Source of the DNA: Candidatus Latescibacterota bacterium | Lineage (GTDB): Bacteria; Latescibacterota; UBA2968; UBA8231 | Assembly (NCBI GenBank): GCA_965197905.1 | Contig: CBDAOB010000004.1 | Span: 1,824,001-1,888,000 of the forward strand | Reading direction: 5' to 3' | Length of the DNA stretch: 64,000 nt | Part shown: positions 18,377 to 33,394 of the stretch, in pieces | Position numbering within the stretch: position 1 is the stretch's first letter | Layout: each line of letters begins with the position of its first letter | Made by a program: the position numbers and the translations under genes | Notes under the pieces: model-generated | Databases searched by the model: none | What the model was told of the DNA's origin: nothing | Seen by the model: the letters and a program-made list of their open reading frames with translations, nothing else

Positions 18377-20812
18377 ATGAGATATCGGCGTCCTGCCCGT
18401 TTTCTGCTGTATTTCGCCCTGTTCTCTCTGCCCATCCAGGCGCAGGCGACCGTCGATTTCGTTGTCTCGCCGCTGTCGTCCCGTTCTAAGAACATCCGTT
18501 TGTTCGAAGCGGCAGATACGCGGGTGATGCTGCCAGCGGGATACGCCCGCGATCCGTCCGCGGCCGCTTCGATGGCACTCAGAGCGGGAACCGTCGACGC
18601 TCGCGTCTATACAAAACCGAACCTCGACGGCGGTGTGCTGTCGCTGGAGCTTGCCCTCGTGCGGGGCATTACGGCGGGATACGAATTCGCCCTGTTCAGC
18701 CCGGACGGTGAAACCGCGGCCGACGACGATCTGGCGGAGGTTGCCAGGCGCTTGAAGAGGCTTCGCAAGGCGAGCGCAAAGGTGTCGCGGGGCAAGCCCG
18801 AACTAGGCTACGAGATGGTCCGCCTGGGAAACATCGAAGCCGACCGCGCCCTGGCATTGCTCAAGTCCCTGGGCTACAGCACGGTGGAGTTCTCCAGCAA
18901 AAGCAAGACCCGCGAAAAGGTCTTCGATATCAAAGGCGACCGCGACGCCGACCTGCCTCGGGTGGTCAAGGTCATAAACGACTCCAAGACCAGCCTGTTG
19001 GAGGCCGATCCAAGCGGGTCCGCGCGCAAATCGACTACCAGCAAAAGCAAGGGCGTTCAAGGTGCTCCACAGCTGGGAGGTTCGCACCTGCACAGCACCA
19101 CCACCGGATCGCCGCAGGAACGTCTCCTAATCATTTACGACAGGAACGAGCTGGAGGCGCTGGAGAAGCTGATTAACGTATTGCGCACCCAGATCGATGT
19201 TCCGGCGCAGCAGATCGTCATCGAGGCGCTGGTCATCGAGGTGAATACCAACCGCTTGCGGGATGTGGGGGTCGAGTTGACCGGTTCGAAGAACCACGTA
19301 AAGGGGTCGTTCTCGCGTCCGGAAGGAACGACCGGCAACCCGCTTACCACGCTTCTGTTCTCGCGCGAGACCTTCACGGATTTCCTCTCGTTGAAGGGGA
19401 AGCTGGAGGCTCTCGTCGAGGTCGGTGATGCGGAGATCCTGTCCAGTCCTTCGGTGTTGGTGCTCAACGACCGTCAGGCCCGGGTGCAGGTGGGTAGGCA
19501 GATACCGATCGTGCGCTCGACGACCCCCACCGCCGGGACGACGGTCAAAGGCATTGAGTATTTCCCCATCGGCATCGTGCTTAACCTCCGACCTCGCATC
19601 AACCTGGACCAGAGTGAAGTGACGATTCAGATCGAGACCATTATCAGCTCCATCTCGACCGAATCCGCTACCAAGCTAGAAGACGGCATCTCGGAGGATA
19701 TCTCGTTTGCGCCCATTGTCGACAATCGAGTGGTCGAAACCTACATCAGAGTCGCGGACGGAACCCCGTTCATCATCGGCGGATTGCTGTCGACCGAACG
19801 CTTGGACAGCAAAGTGGGCGTGCCGTTTCTGTCGGCCGTGCCGTTTTTGGGCCATCTGTTTTCCCGCAAGCGGGTAGAGAACACCCAGCGGGAGGTTATC
19901 GTCGTCATCACGCCGCACATCGTTCCGCTGGAGGCGCGGAATTTTAGCTACCTCATCCCCAAGGATTCGGACATTTTCGACCGTTTCGACACGCGGCTTT
20001 TTCGCAACGCCTATCGCGTGCGCGACGACGACATCTGGGACCTGAAGTTTATCCGTCAAAGCCCAGCCCTCCAATCTCTGCTGACAAAGGTGCGCCGGAG
20101 TGCCGCAGACAACGTGATGTTGCAGCGCCAGGAACCCTTCAAGGGCTTGCTCGCGGGTGAGATTCCAGGGGAAGAGGTGCTGGTGCGCCGCATGCTGCGA
20201 GACATCGTGAAGAAGCTCGAATTCGGCCAGGAGATCGAGACCGAAAAGGTGTTCTTCTTCGAATCCTCGAACGCGGCAGGGGCCGAAGTCGATCTGGTCG
20301 ACCGCGGACTGGATGAGGTGGTGGCGCCGGTCCTGGAGGTGCCTGAGGGCGCGGTGCTGTTGACTTTCGGCGCCCAAGACGAACCCCGGTCGGGACAGTC
20401 CTTCAGCTACCCCTCGGCGGTGGTGCAGGATACCATCGTGCCCACCGACGAGAAGGAGTTGGTCGCGTTTCTGCGACAGCTGAATCCCCTCGACGACCAA
20501 GGGCGGCCGTTGCGATGGACCATCGTGCTGGCCAGCGCCGCCGACGTGGCGCAGCTCCAACGGGTGCTGGTTCTCAAACGGTTGCTCGAGCTCAACGGCA
20601 ATTTGCGTTTGAGTCTGCAGTCGTTCCATGCCGGGCTGCAGATTCTGTTTCCCACCCGCGAGGATATGCGCAACCGGTACCACCTGATCGACGGCGAGGT
20701 AGCGCAGCTTTTCTACGAGACCTCACCCAACCAATACTATCCTGCCTTTGAGCGAATCTTCAACCGCACCGCCCAGACCGCCGAAGACTACCTGCGATCG
20801 GCCCGACCATGA
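18377..20812 (+). CDS. Secretin-family (GspD/PilQ-like) outer-membrane protein with a long C-terminal extension
   Basis: IDVPAQQIVIEALVIEV, AEILSSPSVLVLNDRQARVQVG, GIVLNLRPRIN, VADGTPFIIGGL, GVPFLSAVPFLGHLF, REVIVVITPHIV; signal peptide from ATG18377. Confidence 0.9.
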   Translation: MRYRRPARFLLYFALFSLPIQAQATVDFVVSPLSSRSKNIRLFEAADTRVMLPAGYARDPSAAASMALRAGTVDARVYTKPNLDGGVLSLELALVRGITAGYEFALFSPDGETAADDDLAEVARRLKRLRKASAKVSRGKPELGYEMVRLGNIEADRALALLKSLGYSTVEFSSKSKTREKVFDIKGDRDADLPRVVKVINDSKTSLLEADPSGSARKSTTSKSKGVQGAPQLGGSHLHSTTTGSPQERLLIIYDRNELEALEKLINVLRTQIDVPAQQIVIEALVIEVNTNRLRDVGVELTGSKNHVKGSFSRPEGTTGNPLTTLLFSRETFTDFLSLKGKLEALVEVGDAEILSSPSVLVLNDRQARVQVGRQIPIVRSTTPTAGTTVKGIEYFPIGIVLNLRPRINLDQSEVTIQIETIISSISTESATKLEDGISEDISFAPIVDNRVVETYIRVADGTPFIIGGLLSTERLDSKVGVPFLSAVPFLGHLFSRKRVENTQREVIVVITPHIVPLEARNFSYLIPKDSDIFDRFDTRLFRNAYRVRDDDIWDLKFIRQSPALQSLLTKVRRSAADNVMLQRQEPFKGLLAGEIPGEEVLVRRMLRDIVKKLEFGQEIETEKVFFFESSNAAGAEVDLVDRGLDEVVAPVLEVPEGAVLLTFGAQDEPRSGQSFSYPSAVVQDTIVPTDEKELVAFLRQLNPLDDQGRPLRWTIVLASAADVAQLQRVLVLKRLLELNGNLRLSLQSFHAGLQILFPTREDMRNRYHLIDGEVAQLFYETSPNQYYPAFERIFNRTAQTAEDYLRSARP

Positions 20813-21290
20813 GAGGTAGGCAAAAAGGAATTCGGATGATGTGTTTTACCACCTGCGTTCTGCCCTTCCTGTTGCTGGGATTGACGGCGTGCTCGGAACC
20901 GGGGCGGCAGGTCACCCGCTCCACCGAAAACGGAGCTTTTGCGCTCACCCTGAAAGCGAAGAGGGGATGGGTCAGAGTGAACGAGGTCCTGCCGATCGAA
21001 GTAAAACTGGTCAGCTTGAACGGTCCTCTAGACGACGGATTGGACGAGGAGATCGAGTTTCTGGTCAACAACGGGTCTCTCGACGAGGACGAGCTGGACG
21101 CAGTGCTCGAAGCACCTGACGACGAACACCCCGCGGCGACACCACCTTCCGTGCGTGGATCAGTTTCGAAGCCGATCCGGAGACCTCGACGGTCACCGAA
21201 AGCCAGGGGGAGATACACGCCCTGTTCCGCGACGTGCTGGCGACCTTGAAGATCCGCATCGTCGCCTCTTCTGACGATCTCAACAATTAA
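20809..21290 (+). CDS. Lipoprotein coupled to the secretin; apparent frameshift at the C-run 21129-21132
   Basis: Lipobox LTA|C; ATGA overlap with the secretin stop. Adding one C gives ...DEHPRGDTTFRAWISFEADPETSTVTESQGEIHALFRDVLATLKIRIVASSDDLNN* ending at 21290. Confidence 0.7.
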
Positions 21291-21549
21291 CCGGCGAAGT
21301 CCCCTAGTCCGACATCCCCTACCGCCCGTCCACCTGATCGCGCACAGGTAGTTGCACGTTTATGACAAGCACGTTTTTCACCATCCGCCTGCCCGGATCG
21401 AGGTCGGCCCTTCCGCGACTCCGCCCGCCTCCACGGCCCCTCGACAATATTCGTTGCATTGCATATACTTACACCCCTTTATCTCGAGCGATTCCATCGG
21501 GTTACCACTTCGATGGCAAGCTATCCGCCCAAACCCACTCAGGAAATAG

Positions 21550-26142
<4,593 letters not shown>

Positions 26143-26147
26143 CCCCA

Positions 26148-27632
26148 ATGGGCAAACCCACCGGATTTCTAGAGTTCCAGCGGCAGCTGCCGGCCGACCG
26201 ACCCCCGAAAGAACGGGTGGGCGATTGGGACGAGTTCCACCTGCACATGCCGGAGGCGAATCTGCAGGATCAGGGGGCGCGCTGCATGGATTGCGGCGTG
26301 CCGTTCTGCCATACCGGGGCTCTGATCAACGGCATGGCTTCGGGCTGTCCCATCAACAACCTCATCCCCGAATGGAACGACCTGGTGTACCGCGGCCTGT
26401 GGCGCGAGGCCCTGGAGCGTCTGCACAAGACCAACAACTTCCCAGAATTCACCGGTCGGGTCTGTCCAGCGCCGTGCGAAGGTTCGTGCGTGCTGGGGAT
26501 CGACAGTCCGCCCGTGACGATCAAGAATATCGAATGGAGCATCGTCGAACGTGGCTTCGATGAAGGGTGGATCGAACCCGAACCACCAAAGCAACGAACC
26601 GGAAAATCAGTAGCCGTCATCGGTTCCGGACCAGCTGGTCTGGCCTGTGCGGCGCAGCTCAACAAAGCGGGGCATCTAGTCACGGTGTACGAACGGGCGG
26701 ATCGCGTTGGCGGCCTGCTGATCTACGGCATTCCCAACATGAAGTTAGACAAGAAGGTCGTGCAACGTCGCATCGATCTCCTCGCGGCAGAGGGTGTGAC
26801 TTTCGTGACCGGCACGGAGATCGGACGGGATATCCAGGCAGACCAGCTGCAAGTGGAGTTCGACGCGCTCGTGCTGTGCGGAGGAGCCACCAAGGGGCGG
26901 GATCTTCCGATCGAAGGCCGCCAGCTGTCGGGGATCTACCAGGCCATGGAATTCCTACGGGTCAACACCAAGAGCCTGCTCGATTCCAACCACCGGGATG
27001 GCGCCTATATCTCCGCCCGCGACAAACATGTGATCGTGATCGGCGGAGGTGACACCGGAACCGACTGCGTGGGGACCTCCATGCGTCACGGATGCAGGAG
27101 CCTCACCCAGTTCGAGATTCTACCGCGACCGCCCGACGAACGCGCTGACGACAACCCCTGGCCTGAATGGCCCAAGGTCTATCTGCTGGACTACGGCCAG
27201 GCCGAAGCGAAGGCCCAGTTCGGCGAAGATCCCCGGGAGTACCTCATCAGCACGACCCGGTTTGTCGGCGATGACCAGCAGGCGGTGAAGGAGCTCCACA
27301 CGGTCAACGTCAAATGGGAGGTGGGGGACAACGGCCGTCGGGTGCCTGCCAAGATTCCAGGAACGGAGAAGGTCTGGCCCGCCGATCTCGTCTTGCTGGC
27401 GATGGGGTTTCTGGGACCGGAGGATGTTATGCTCGAACAGCTGGGGGTGGAGCGAGACCCGCGGTCCAACGCCAAGGCGGAGCACGGCTCCTTCTCCACC
27501 AGTGTCGACGGGATCTTCGCGGCGGGAGATATGCGACGCGGTCAGAGCCTCGTGGTTTGGGCGATCAACGAAGGTCGAGGCGCCGCCCGCGAGTGCGATC
27601 GCTACCTCATGGGCTCGACCAATCTGCCGTAG
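26148..27632 (+). CDS. gltD: Glutamate synthase small subunit
   Basis: [65 protein letters not shown]. Confidence 0.99.
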   Translation: MGKPTGFLEFQRQLPADRPPKERVGDWDEFHLHMPEANLQDQGARCMDCGVPFCHTGALINGMASGCPINNLIPEWNDLVYRGLWREALERLHKTNNFPEFTGRVCPAPCEGSCVLGIDSPPVTIKNIEWSIVERGFDEGWIEPEPPKQRTGKSVAVIGSGPAGLACAAQLNKAGHLVTVYERADRVGGLLIYGIPNMKLDKKVVQRRIDLLAAEGVTFVTGTEIGRDIQADQLQVEFDALVLCGGATKGRDLPIEGRQLSGIYQAMEFLRVNTKSLLDSNHRDGAYISARDKHVIVIGGGDTGTDCVGTSMRHGCRSLTQFEILPRPPDERADDNPWPEWPKVYLLDYGQAEAKAQFGEDPREYLISTTRFVGDDQQAVKELHTVNVKWEVGDNGRRVPAKIPGTEKVWPADLVLLAMGFLGPEDVMLEQLGVERDPRSNAKAEHGSFSTSVDGIFAAGDMRRGQSLVVWAINEGRGAARECDRYLMGSTNLP

Positions 27633-27660
27633 GATCCCGTTGCACGGTGGGTCGGGATCT
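27632..27660. terminator. Hairpin between convergent gltD and the DUF4340 gene (possible bidirectional terminator)
   Basis: GGATCCCG ... CGGGATCT inverted repeat; no clear U-tract. Confidence 0.4.
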
Positions 27661-28688
27661 CAGAACATCCCCGGTGCCCGCGGCGCGGCGCGGTCGTAGA
27701 TCGAAGGCTGCCCCAGGGTGTCCAGCAGTGCGCTGATCGCGGGGAACATCAACTCCGCTTGCTCCACCGTCAGGGTGCTTATCTGTCGGGCGCGGCGGTG
27801 AGACACGATGGCTGCCTCGTCAGCAGCTACCACCTCTAGCGTATCGACTACACCTTTGTCGTCTTCCAGCAAAACCGTGCGCGCACCCTCGACCCCTACG
27901 TCGATCTCTCCAGCCGCCAACAGTCTGTCGTAACGCAACCGGGACAGATAGCTCAAGTAGGCGTACACGCTGTTGTCCACACAGGTCGTATCCTGACCGG
28001 CCCAACGCGTGCGCCAACGGTAACTCGGTCCGCGAAACGAACGGCTACCTGCAGGATCGGTAGGAACCTCTTCTCTCCACAAAGATCCCAACTCGGTGGC
28101 ACGACCGGGGAATGTGATCCGCACGATGGCGCTGCGCGGCAGCGCCTGGGGCAACAGGTGGCGATCTATCATCGGAACCGCTGCCTCATCAAGGGCCAGC
28201 CTGGGATTGGCATGCAGATGGAATACCGTATCCTCCCCTGCCCTGCGGAAGTAAGACTCACTCCCGAGAGCGCCAGGAATACCTCGACCCACTTCTGCAG
28301 CGACGATGGTTCGTCCTCGTTCATCCAGTACCGCCACCTCGATCGCATCCTGAGCACCAAACCCGAATCCGTGCGCGGTGTGTCCGTTGTCGGCGACGAT
28401 CGAACCGCTGCTGGTCATCACACACCTGAGCAGCTGATCGACTCGCTGGCGCTGCGCATACGCATCGAAATAGGCCGGGTAGCGCCAAACACTGTCCCGC
28501 AACACATACGCCCATCGCTGTCCGCTTCGGGCGACGCGGAGCGTTTGCGCCCGTTGCGGATCGATCCCCACCACCGGATGCACACTACCCGCCAGATTCC
28601 GCTGAGAAGCGGCGCTCCGATCCAGGGCGAAGTCGACCACTAGAAGAAGGCCGAGCACCGCGGCGAGAACGATCAGATGTCGTTTCAT
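27660..28688 (-). CDS. DUF4340-type ABC-associated exported protein
   Basis: N-terminal membrane anchor; W.Y...YA...RVDQLL...GFG...SYFRRAGEDTVF pattern; last gene of a GldA/F/G-like operon. Confidence 0.7.
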   Translation of the reverse strand: MKRHLIVLAAVLGLLLVVDFALDRSAASQRNLAGSVHPVVGIDPQRAQTLRVARSGQRWAYVLRDSVWRYPAYFDAYAQRQRVDQLLRCVMTSSGSIVADNGHTAHGFGFGAQDAIEVAVLDERGRTIVAAEVGRGIPGALGSESYFRRAGEDTVFHLHANPRLALDEAAVPMIDRHLLPQALPRSAIVRITFPGRATELGSLWREEVPTDPAGSRSFRGPSYRWRTRWAGQDTTCVDNSVYAYLSYLSRLRYDRLLAAGEIDVGVEGARTVLLEDDKGVVDTLEVVAADEAAIVSHRRARQISTLTVEQAELMFPAISALLDTLGQPSIYDRAAPRAPGMF

Positions 28689-31600
28689 ACCATCATCATC
28701 GGGGTGCGGCGGCGGCGGTAGCGAACACCCCCCAGGGCCAGGAAAGCCAGCGGGGCGCTACCCACAACGATCAGGCGCCACCACGCCTTGGCCTCGGGGT
28801 CCTGGTGCGCAAAACCTCGGGGCGTGCTGCGACGGGCTTGCAGCGCGGCCATCTCCCCGCCGAACGCCAGCTCCGCCACCAGATTCAACAAGAGCTGATC
28901 GTGTTGGAAACCGGGGGCTGACAGGTATCGATTCTTGAACATCTCCGAACTTCCGACCAGCACCAGTTTTCCCGACGGCTGAGATCGATCGACAGGACCA
29001 AGACGAAAATCTACCCGTGTTTCCTCCTTCTCCAGGACAAGGGACGGAAACCGACCTTCGATCGACACGGCCAGCGGCTGCTTGGCGGGCAGGAATTCCT
29101 GTGGGGTGAAAATCTGCGGCGGTAACCAACCACCTTTCCATGGATAGGACCAGACGCGATCAGAGGTGGAGATCAACACGTGGTGTTGCAGGTTGTAGGT
29201 GGCCAAGCGGCCTCGATCGAAGGCAAAGCGGTTGCCCCAGACGAAAAGCAGGTCACCCAACCTCCGGGTGATCGCCAAGTCCGGCGCATAGTTGGCTCCC
29301 ACGGTTCGAATCAAGAACGGCAATGCCACCTTCTGCGGGTCGTACTCCCTGATCGCCCTTCGATTGACCTGCGTCTCCAGCTCCAGGTGATGCTGTGTTT
29401 GATCCATCAGCACTTCCCGAACCTGCTCGATGCCCAACAGGTTCAGATAAACCTCGGCATCTTGAAACTGCGGTTGGGGCCAGTACACGGTGTGAAATCC
29501 GGTGCCTCGGTACTGGCGCTGCTGAATGTTGAAATGCTGCTGCGCGATGAGAACGTGCCCGCCGCTGGTGAGGTACGGTCCCAGTTGTTTGAGCACCGGG
29601 GTGGCGTCCCGCCTCGGCTGCAGCCAGATCACCACATCGGCATCCATCGGCAAAAGCGGGTTGCGCGGGTCGACGTGGGAAACGCCGTATCCGTAATCGA
29701 GCAGCAGCGATTTCGCAGCGCTGTAGACATCAACCCCCTTGGGAGGGATCAGGTTCTTCTTGTGAAAGTCCTCCAGCGCCTCTGCGGGAGATAGGCGTGG
29801 CAAATCGGAGACGATAGCCACCCGGGGTCCCGCGCCTGTTTGCCGACGGTGCAGGGCGGCGAGCAGCAGGAACTCCATATGTTCGACGGTGCGTTCATCT
29901 AATCGGGGGATAACCTCCACCTCATCCCCGACGCCCAAGACCAGGCCGCTCCACACTCTTTCGGTGAAGACGGAATCCTCGCGCACGACTTCGGTCTCAA
30001 AAGCTCTCAGTCCACGATTTCCCAGACGGCGGAGTTCCGGCTCTGGCATCTCGTCCGGACCGCGGGTCTGAAAGTCGATGCCGAGCCTGCCCAACAGAAA
30101 ACGCGCGCGTTTCTGCGCTCGCTTCAACGTCGTTGGCAATGTCGAGCTGGGGCTGCTGATCAGGATAGTTTGCGGCTGCGGGGCTGCCGACAACTGCCGG
30201 CGAGTAAGAGGGGCGGGGGAGTGGGCCCCACTGGCGGTGACATCCAGGTAGAAGTCGCCTCGCTGCCGCCAAAGAAGACCTCCCAGAACAATCACGCCCA
30301 AGCCGAGGCCAACGCGGATCGCCAACCAGCGCGTCAAACCCAAGTCCACCCGCGGCCGTGTCGGCAGATATCTGCGGACCACGACCGCGACCAACAGCGC
30401 CGGCAACAGAAATACGACCACCAGACGCCACCAGAATCTTGCGCCCGTGCCAACAGAAGGCAATGTTTCCGGTACGACTCGGCGCATCCGCGCCTGCACA
30501 AGGCGATCGGCGGAAGAGAAGGTGCGCAGCAAGGTGCGCAGAAAGACTCGGTGAGCATAACCCGGCTGGTTGATAATCCCATCCTGGAAGAGGGCGGGGC
30601 TGCTCAGCACCACGAGCTGACCTGCGAGGGGGTCGGCAGGTTTGAGCAAGACGGCGAGATTCTGCTTCGGGACCCTGAGATGGGGCTGTAGATCCGCATC
30701 CGCAAACGGGCCGGGAGGCAGGGCACGAACCCAGGTGTTTCCCGTGGTTGTGGCGATCACCTCGGGAAAGAAGCCGGCTTCGCCGGCACGGACGGGATTT
30801 ACTTCCAAAGAGCTGGCTGAGACGAAATTGAGGCCGCCTCGAGCCGGTCCATGAAAACTCTTCAGGTTGTAGAACGCGGGGAGGCAGCGAATGTGAAACG
30901 GGGCTACCACTTCGCTCACGGAACCCTCTCCCGCATACAACGGCACCGGGCCGGTACTGGCGTCCATCAACAAATCAGGCAGCGGCCGCAGGCCGAACGG
31001 GGCCAGCAACAGCTCCCAATCGGGCGGCTGACGAAAGGCGCGGTAGCTGATCGCGTCTCCCGCGAACTCATACCCGACAGAATAGGAGCTCCCGGCGAGC
31101 AGGGCGGTTCGGCCCGAGGCCAGGAAATTCTTGAGTTGCTGTATATGAGCGGGTGTGACGCCGGCCGGTTGCACCCAGAAGAGCACATCTACCTCGCGCG
31201 GGATGTCGCTCTGGTGTTCCAGGTCCAGATGAACCACATCCCCCTGCTCGGCCAGGAAATGGGCGAGCAACTGAAACTGTTCGGGTGCCGCCAGGGCGAA
31301 GGTCGGGCGCCGGGGATCGAGCTTGGCGCGCAGGTGGTGGATGACCAGCTGTTCGAGATGGGGCAGATGGGCCGGTCCGATGCCCTGAACAAGAATCTCG
31401 GGGTGACCTTCCAGGGCCAAGACCAGAGATGACCAGACGGTCTGTTCGCTGGTCTGGTCGTGAACCACGCGCTTCACGGTGACGGGAGATGCCTTCTTCC
31501 GCGCTGCGTAAACGACGCCATGGGGCTCGTCCAAACTCGGATCGAGCACCCGGTATTCGATCTTATCCGGCGCCTGGGCGTGCAACGCGCGCAAGAACCG

Positions 31601-31855
31601 CACGACCTGAACCTCCACATTCTTGAGGTGAGAAGGCATCCGGTCCTTCGCCGAGACAAAGAAGGTGAGGGAAAGACGGCGATCCAACCGTCGGAGAAAA
31701 TCTTCGGTGTCGACGCCCAGGCTTCCGGGCTCCCTGCCGGCCAGGTCCACCTGTAACCACGACGCGCGTTCTAGCACCATGCGGTTGGACAGGACAGCTG
31801 TAGCAAGAAACAGGGCAAAAGCGAAAAAGAGGTAGGCGTAAAACCGACGCTTCAA
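28685..31855 (-). CDS. GldG-like ABC auxiliary protein with two tandem GldG modules
   Basis: Two repeats of TM - (DL/DVT...) - WSxLVL - xDVxxWxQP - FLxSG - G.LVVxxSxxxF - N/TL - WWRLxVV. TTG31855 overlaps the permease stop (track start 31891). Confidence 0.8.
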   Translation of the reverse strand: MKRRFYAYLFFAFALFLATAVLSNRMVLERASWLQVDLAGREPGSLGVDTEDFLRRLDRRLSLTFFVSAKDRMPSHLKNVEVQVVRFLRALHAQAPDKIEYRVLDPSLDEPHGVVYAARKKASPVTVKRVVHDQTSEQTVWSSLVLALEGHPEILVQGIGPAHLPHLEQLVIHHLRAKLDPRRPTFALAAPEQFQLLAHFLAEQGDVVHLDLEHQSDIPREVDVLFWVQPAGVTPAHIQQLKNFLASGRTALLAGSSYSVGYEFAGDAISYRAFRQPPDWELLLAPFGLRPLPDLLMDASTGPVPLYAGEGSVSEVVAPFHIRCLPAFYNLKSFHGPARGGLNFVSASSLEVNPVRAGEAGFFPEVIATTTGNTWVRALPPGPFADADLQPHLRVPKQNLAVLLKPADPLAGQLVVLSSPALFQDGIINQPGYAHRVFLRTLLRTFSSADRLVQARMRRVVPETLPSVGTGARFWWRLVVVFLLPALLVAVVVRRYLPTRPRVDLGLTRWLAIRVGLGLGVIVLGGLLWRQRGDFYLDVTASGAHSPAPLTRRQLSAAPQPQTILISSPSSTLPTTLKRAQKRARFLLGRLGIDFQTRGPDEMPEPELRRLGNRGLRAFETEVVREDSVFTERVWSGLVLGVGDEVEVIPRLDERTVEHMEFLLLAALHRRQTGAGPRVAIVSDLPRLSPAEALEDFHKKNLIPPKGVDVYSAAKSLLLDYGYGVSHVDPRNPLLPMDADVVIWLQPRRDATPVLKQLGPYLTSGGHVLIAQQHFNIQQRQYRGTGFHTVYWPQPQFQDAEVYLNLLGIEQVREVLMDQTQHHLELETQVNRRAIREYDPQKVALPFLIRTVGANYAPDLAITRRLGDLLFVWGNRFAFDRGRLATYNLQHHVLISTSDRVWSYPWKGGWLPPQIFTPQEFLPAKQPLAVSIEGRFPSLVLEKEETRVDFRLGPVDRSQPSGKLVLVGSSEMFKNRYLSAPGFQHDQLLLNLVAELAFGGEMAALQARRSTPRGFAHQDPEAKAWWRLIVVGSAPLAFLALGGVRYRRRRTPMMMV

Positions 31856-32604
31856 TACTTGCTCCGTTGCAGACTCAGTGCGGTCATCCAAGCGAAGAAG
31901 GAGCTCAACAACGCGAAGTAGAGGATATCCGCACCGCCTATCACACCGCGGCTGAACGCCTCATAGTGAGGCATGACCGATATGGATTCGTAAAGCCAGG
32001 TGCCGAACTGGGCGCTCGGAGCCAACCCATCGACCACCTCCACGACCTTGTCGTGGCCACTCAGCACAAAAACGAAACCGAGCAAGGCGCCGAGTACGAA
32101 GGCGACGATCTGGTCATGGGTCAGACTGGACACGAACTGGCCGAACGCCAGGAAGAATGCGCCCAGGAAAAGCGCACCTAGATAACTGGCGAGAATCACC
32201 CCCATGTCCGGGTCGCCGAGCCAGGCGAGCATCACGACGATGGGAAAACTTCCCAACAACACCAGGGCATAGAAGAAAAAGGAGGCCAGGTATTTTCCCA
32301 GCACGATCTGCAAGGGGGTCAGCGGCAAGGTCATCAATAATTCGAAGGTGTTCTGTGCCCGTTCCTCCGCCCAACTGCGCATGGTAATTGCCGGCACCAA
32401 AGGAATGAGCAGGAACGGCAGGATTTCGAAGTAAGGACTCATGTCCACGACAGCGTTGAGGAAAAAGGAATTCATGAAGATGGTCGCCGAGAGACCGAGA
32501 AAGACGCTGGCGTAGACATAGGCGATGGTGGAATCGAAGTACGCCTCCAGCTCGCGCCTAAACACCGTTCTGACGCCGGACGCGAACCCCTTGAAATCAG
32601 CCAC
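31852..32604 (-). CDS. ABC-2 type permease (GldF-like)
   Basis: RRELEAYFDSTIAY, PAITMRSWAEER..TFELLMTLP, VLGKYLA, SSLTHDQIVAF, HYEAFSRGVI. Confidence 0.92.
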   Translation of the reverse strand: MADFKGFASGVRTVFRRELEAYFDSTIAYVYASVFLGLSATIFMNSFFLNAVVDMSPYFEILPFLLIPLVPAITMRSWAEERAQNTFELLMTLPLTPLQIVLGKYLASFFFYALVLLGSFPIVVMLAWLGDPDMGVILASYLGALFLGAFFLAFGQFVSSLTHDQIVAFVLGALLGFVFVLSGHDKVVEVVDGLAPSAQFGTWLYESISVMPHYEAFSRGVIGGADILYFALLSSFFAWMTALSLQRSKY

Positions 32605-33364
32605 GGGAGCTTCTCACCTCTTGGGCTGTGCGCACCAGGTGGGCAAAAACCGTTTCCAGAGATGCCGCCCCCGCTACGCCCGCGGTGTCGGCGAGCTCGT
32701 CGATACGCCCGTCTCCCAGCAATCGACCAAGGTGAATGATCAAGACGCGATCGCTGATCGCCTCCACATCGCTGACGATATGAGTGCTGAAGAGTATGGC
32801 CCTGTTCGCGCTCAACCTTCGAAGCATCTCGCGGAAGGCGATGACCTGAAGTGGATCGAAGCCATGGGTCGGTTCATCGAGGAATAAGACGGGTGGATCG
32901 TGAATCAGTGCCGTCGCCAGACCGATGCGCTGACGAAACCCGGTGGAGCACTGGTTGACCCGCTGGAGGAGCACGGATTCGATATCACAGAGCTCGACAA
33001 CACGCTCGAAGCTGTCCCTCAGCTCTCGCTTGCCGAGACCTCGGGCCGCGCCCACGAACATGAGAAACTTGTCGACCCTCATCTCGCGGTACAGTGGCGT
33101 GTCGCCAGCCAGGTATCCGATGCACCGGCGGACTTCGAGAGATTCGCGCACCACGTCATGTCCGTCCACCGTGATACGGCCGGAGGTGGGATAGAGATAG
33201 GTGGACAGCATCTTCAGCATGGTGCTCTTGCCGGCTCCGTTGGGACCGACAAAACCAACGATTTCGCCCCGTTCCACCTGAAAGGTCACGTTGTCCACGG
33301 CGGTGAGCGCCCCGTACTGCTTGCTGACCGAATCGACCGAGATCATGGAAGGGAAACTATGCAT
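32597..33364 (-). CDS. ABC transporter ATP-binding protein (GldA-like)
   Basis: Walker A GPNGAGKST, CSTGFRQRIGLA, LFLDEPT, STH. Confidence 0.95.
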   Translation of the reverse strand: MHSFPSMISVDSVSKQYGALTAVDNVTFQVERGEIVGFVGPNGAGKSTMLKMLSTYLYPTSGRITVDGHDVVRESLEVRRCIGYLAGDTPLYREMRVDKFLMFVGAARGLGKRELRDSFERVVELCDIESVLLQRVNQCSTGFRQRIGLATALIHDPPVLFLDEPTHGFDPLQVIAFREMLRRLSANRAILFSTHIVSDVEAISDRVLIIHLGRLLGDGRIDELADTAGVAGAASLETVFAHLVRTAQEVRSSRG

Positions 33365-33394
33365 TTGCCCGCAGACGACAATGCGAGGAAGCAG

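Noticed and set aside
21291..21549. Glutamine riboswitch or sigma54/NtrC site upstream of gltB
   Set aside because: Only a small CCATCG/CGATGG hairpin; no recognisable riboswitch core and no correctly spaced GG-N10-GC motif.
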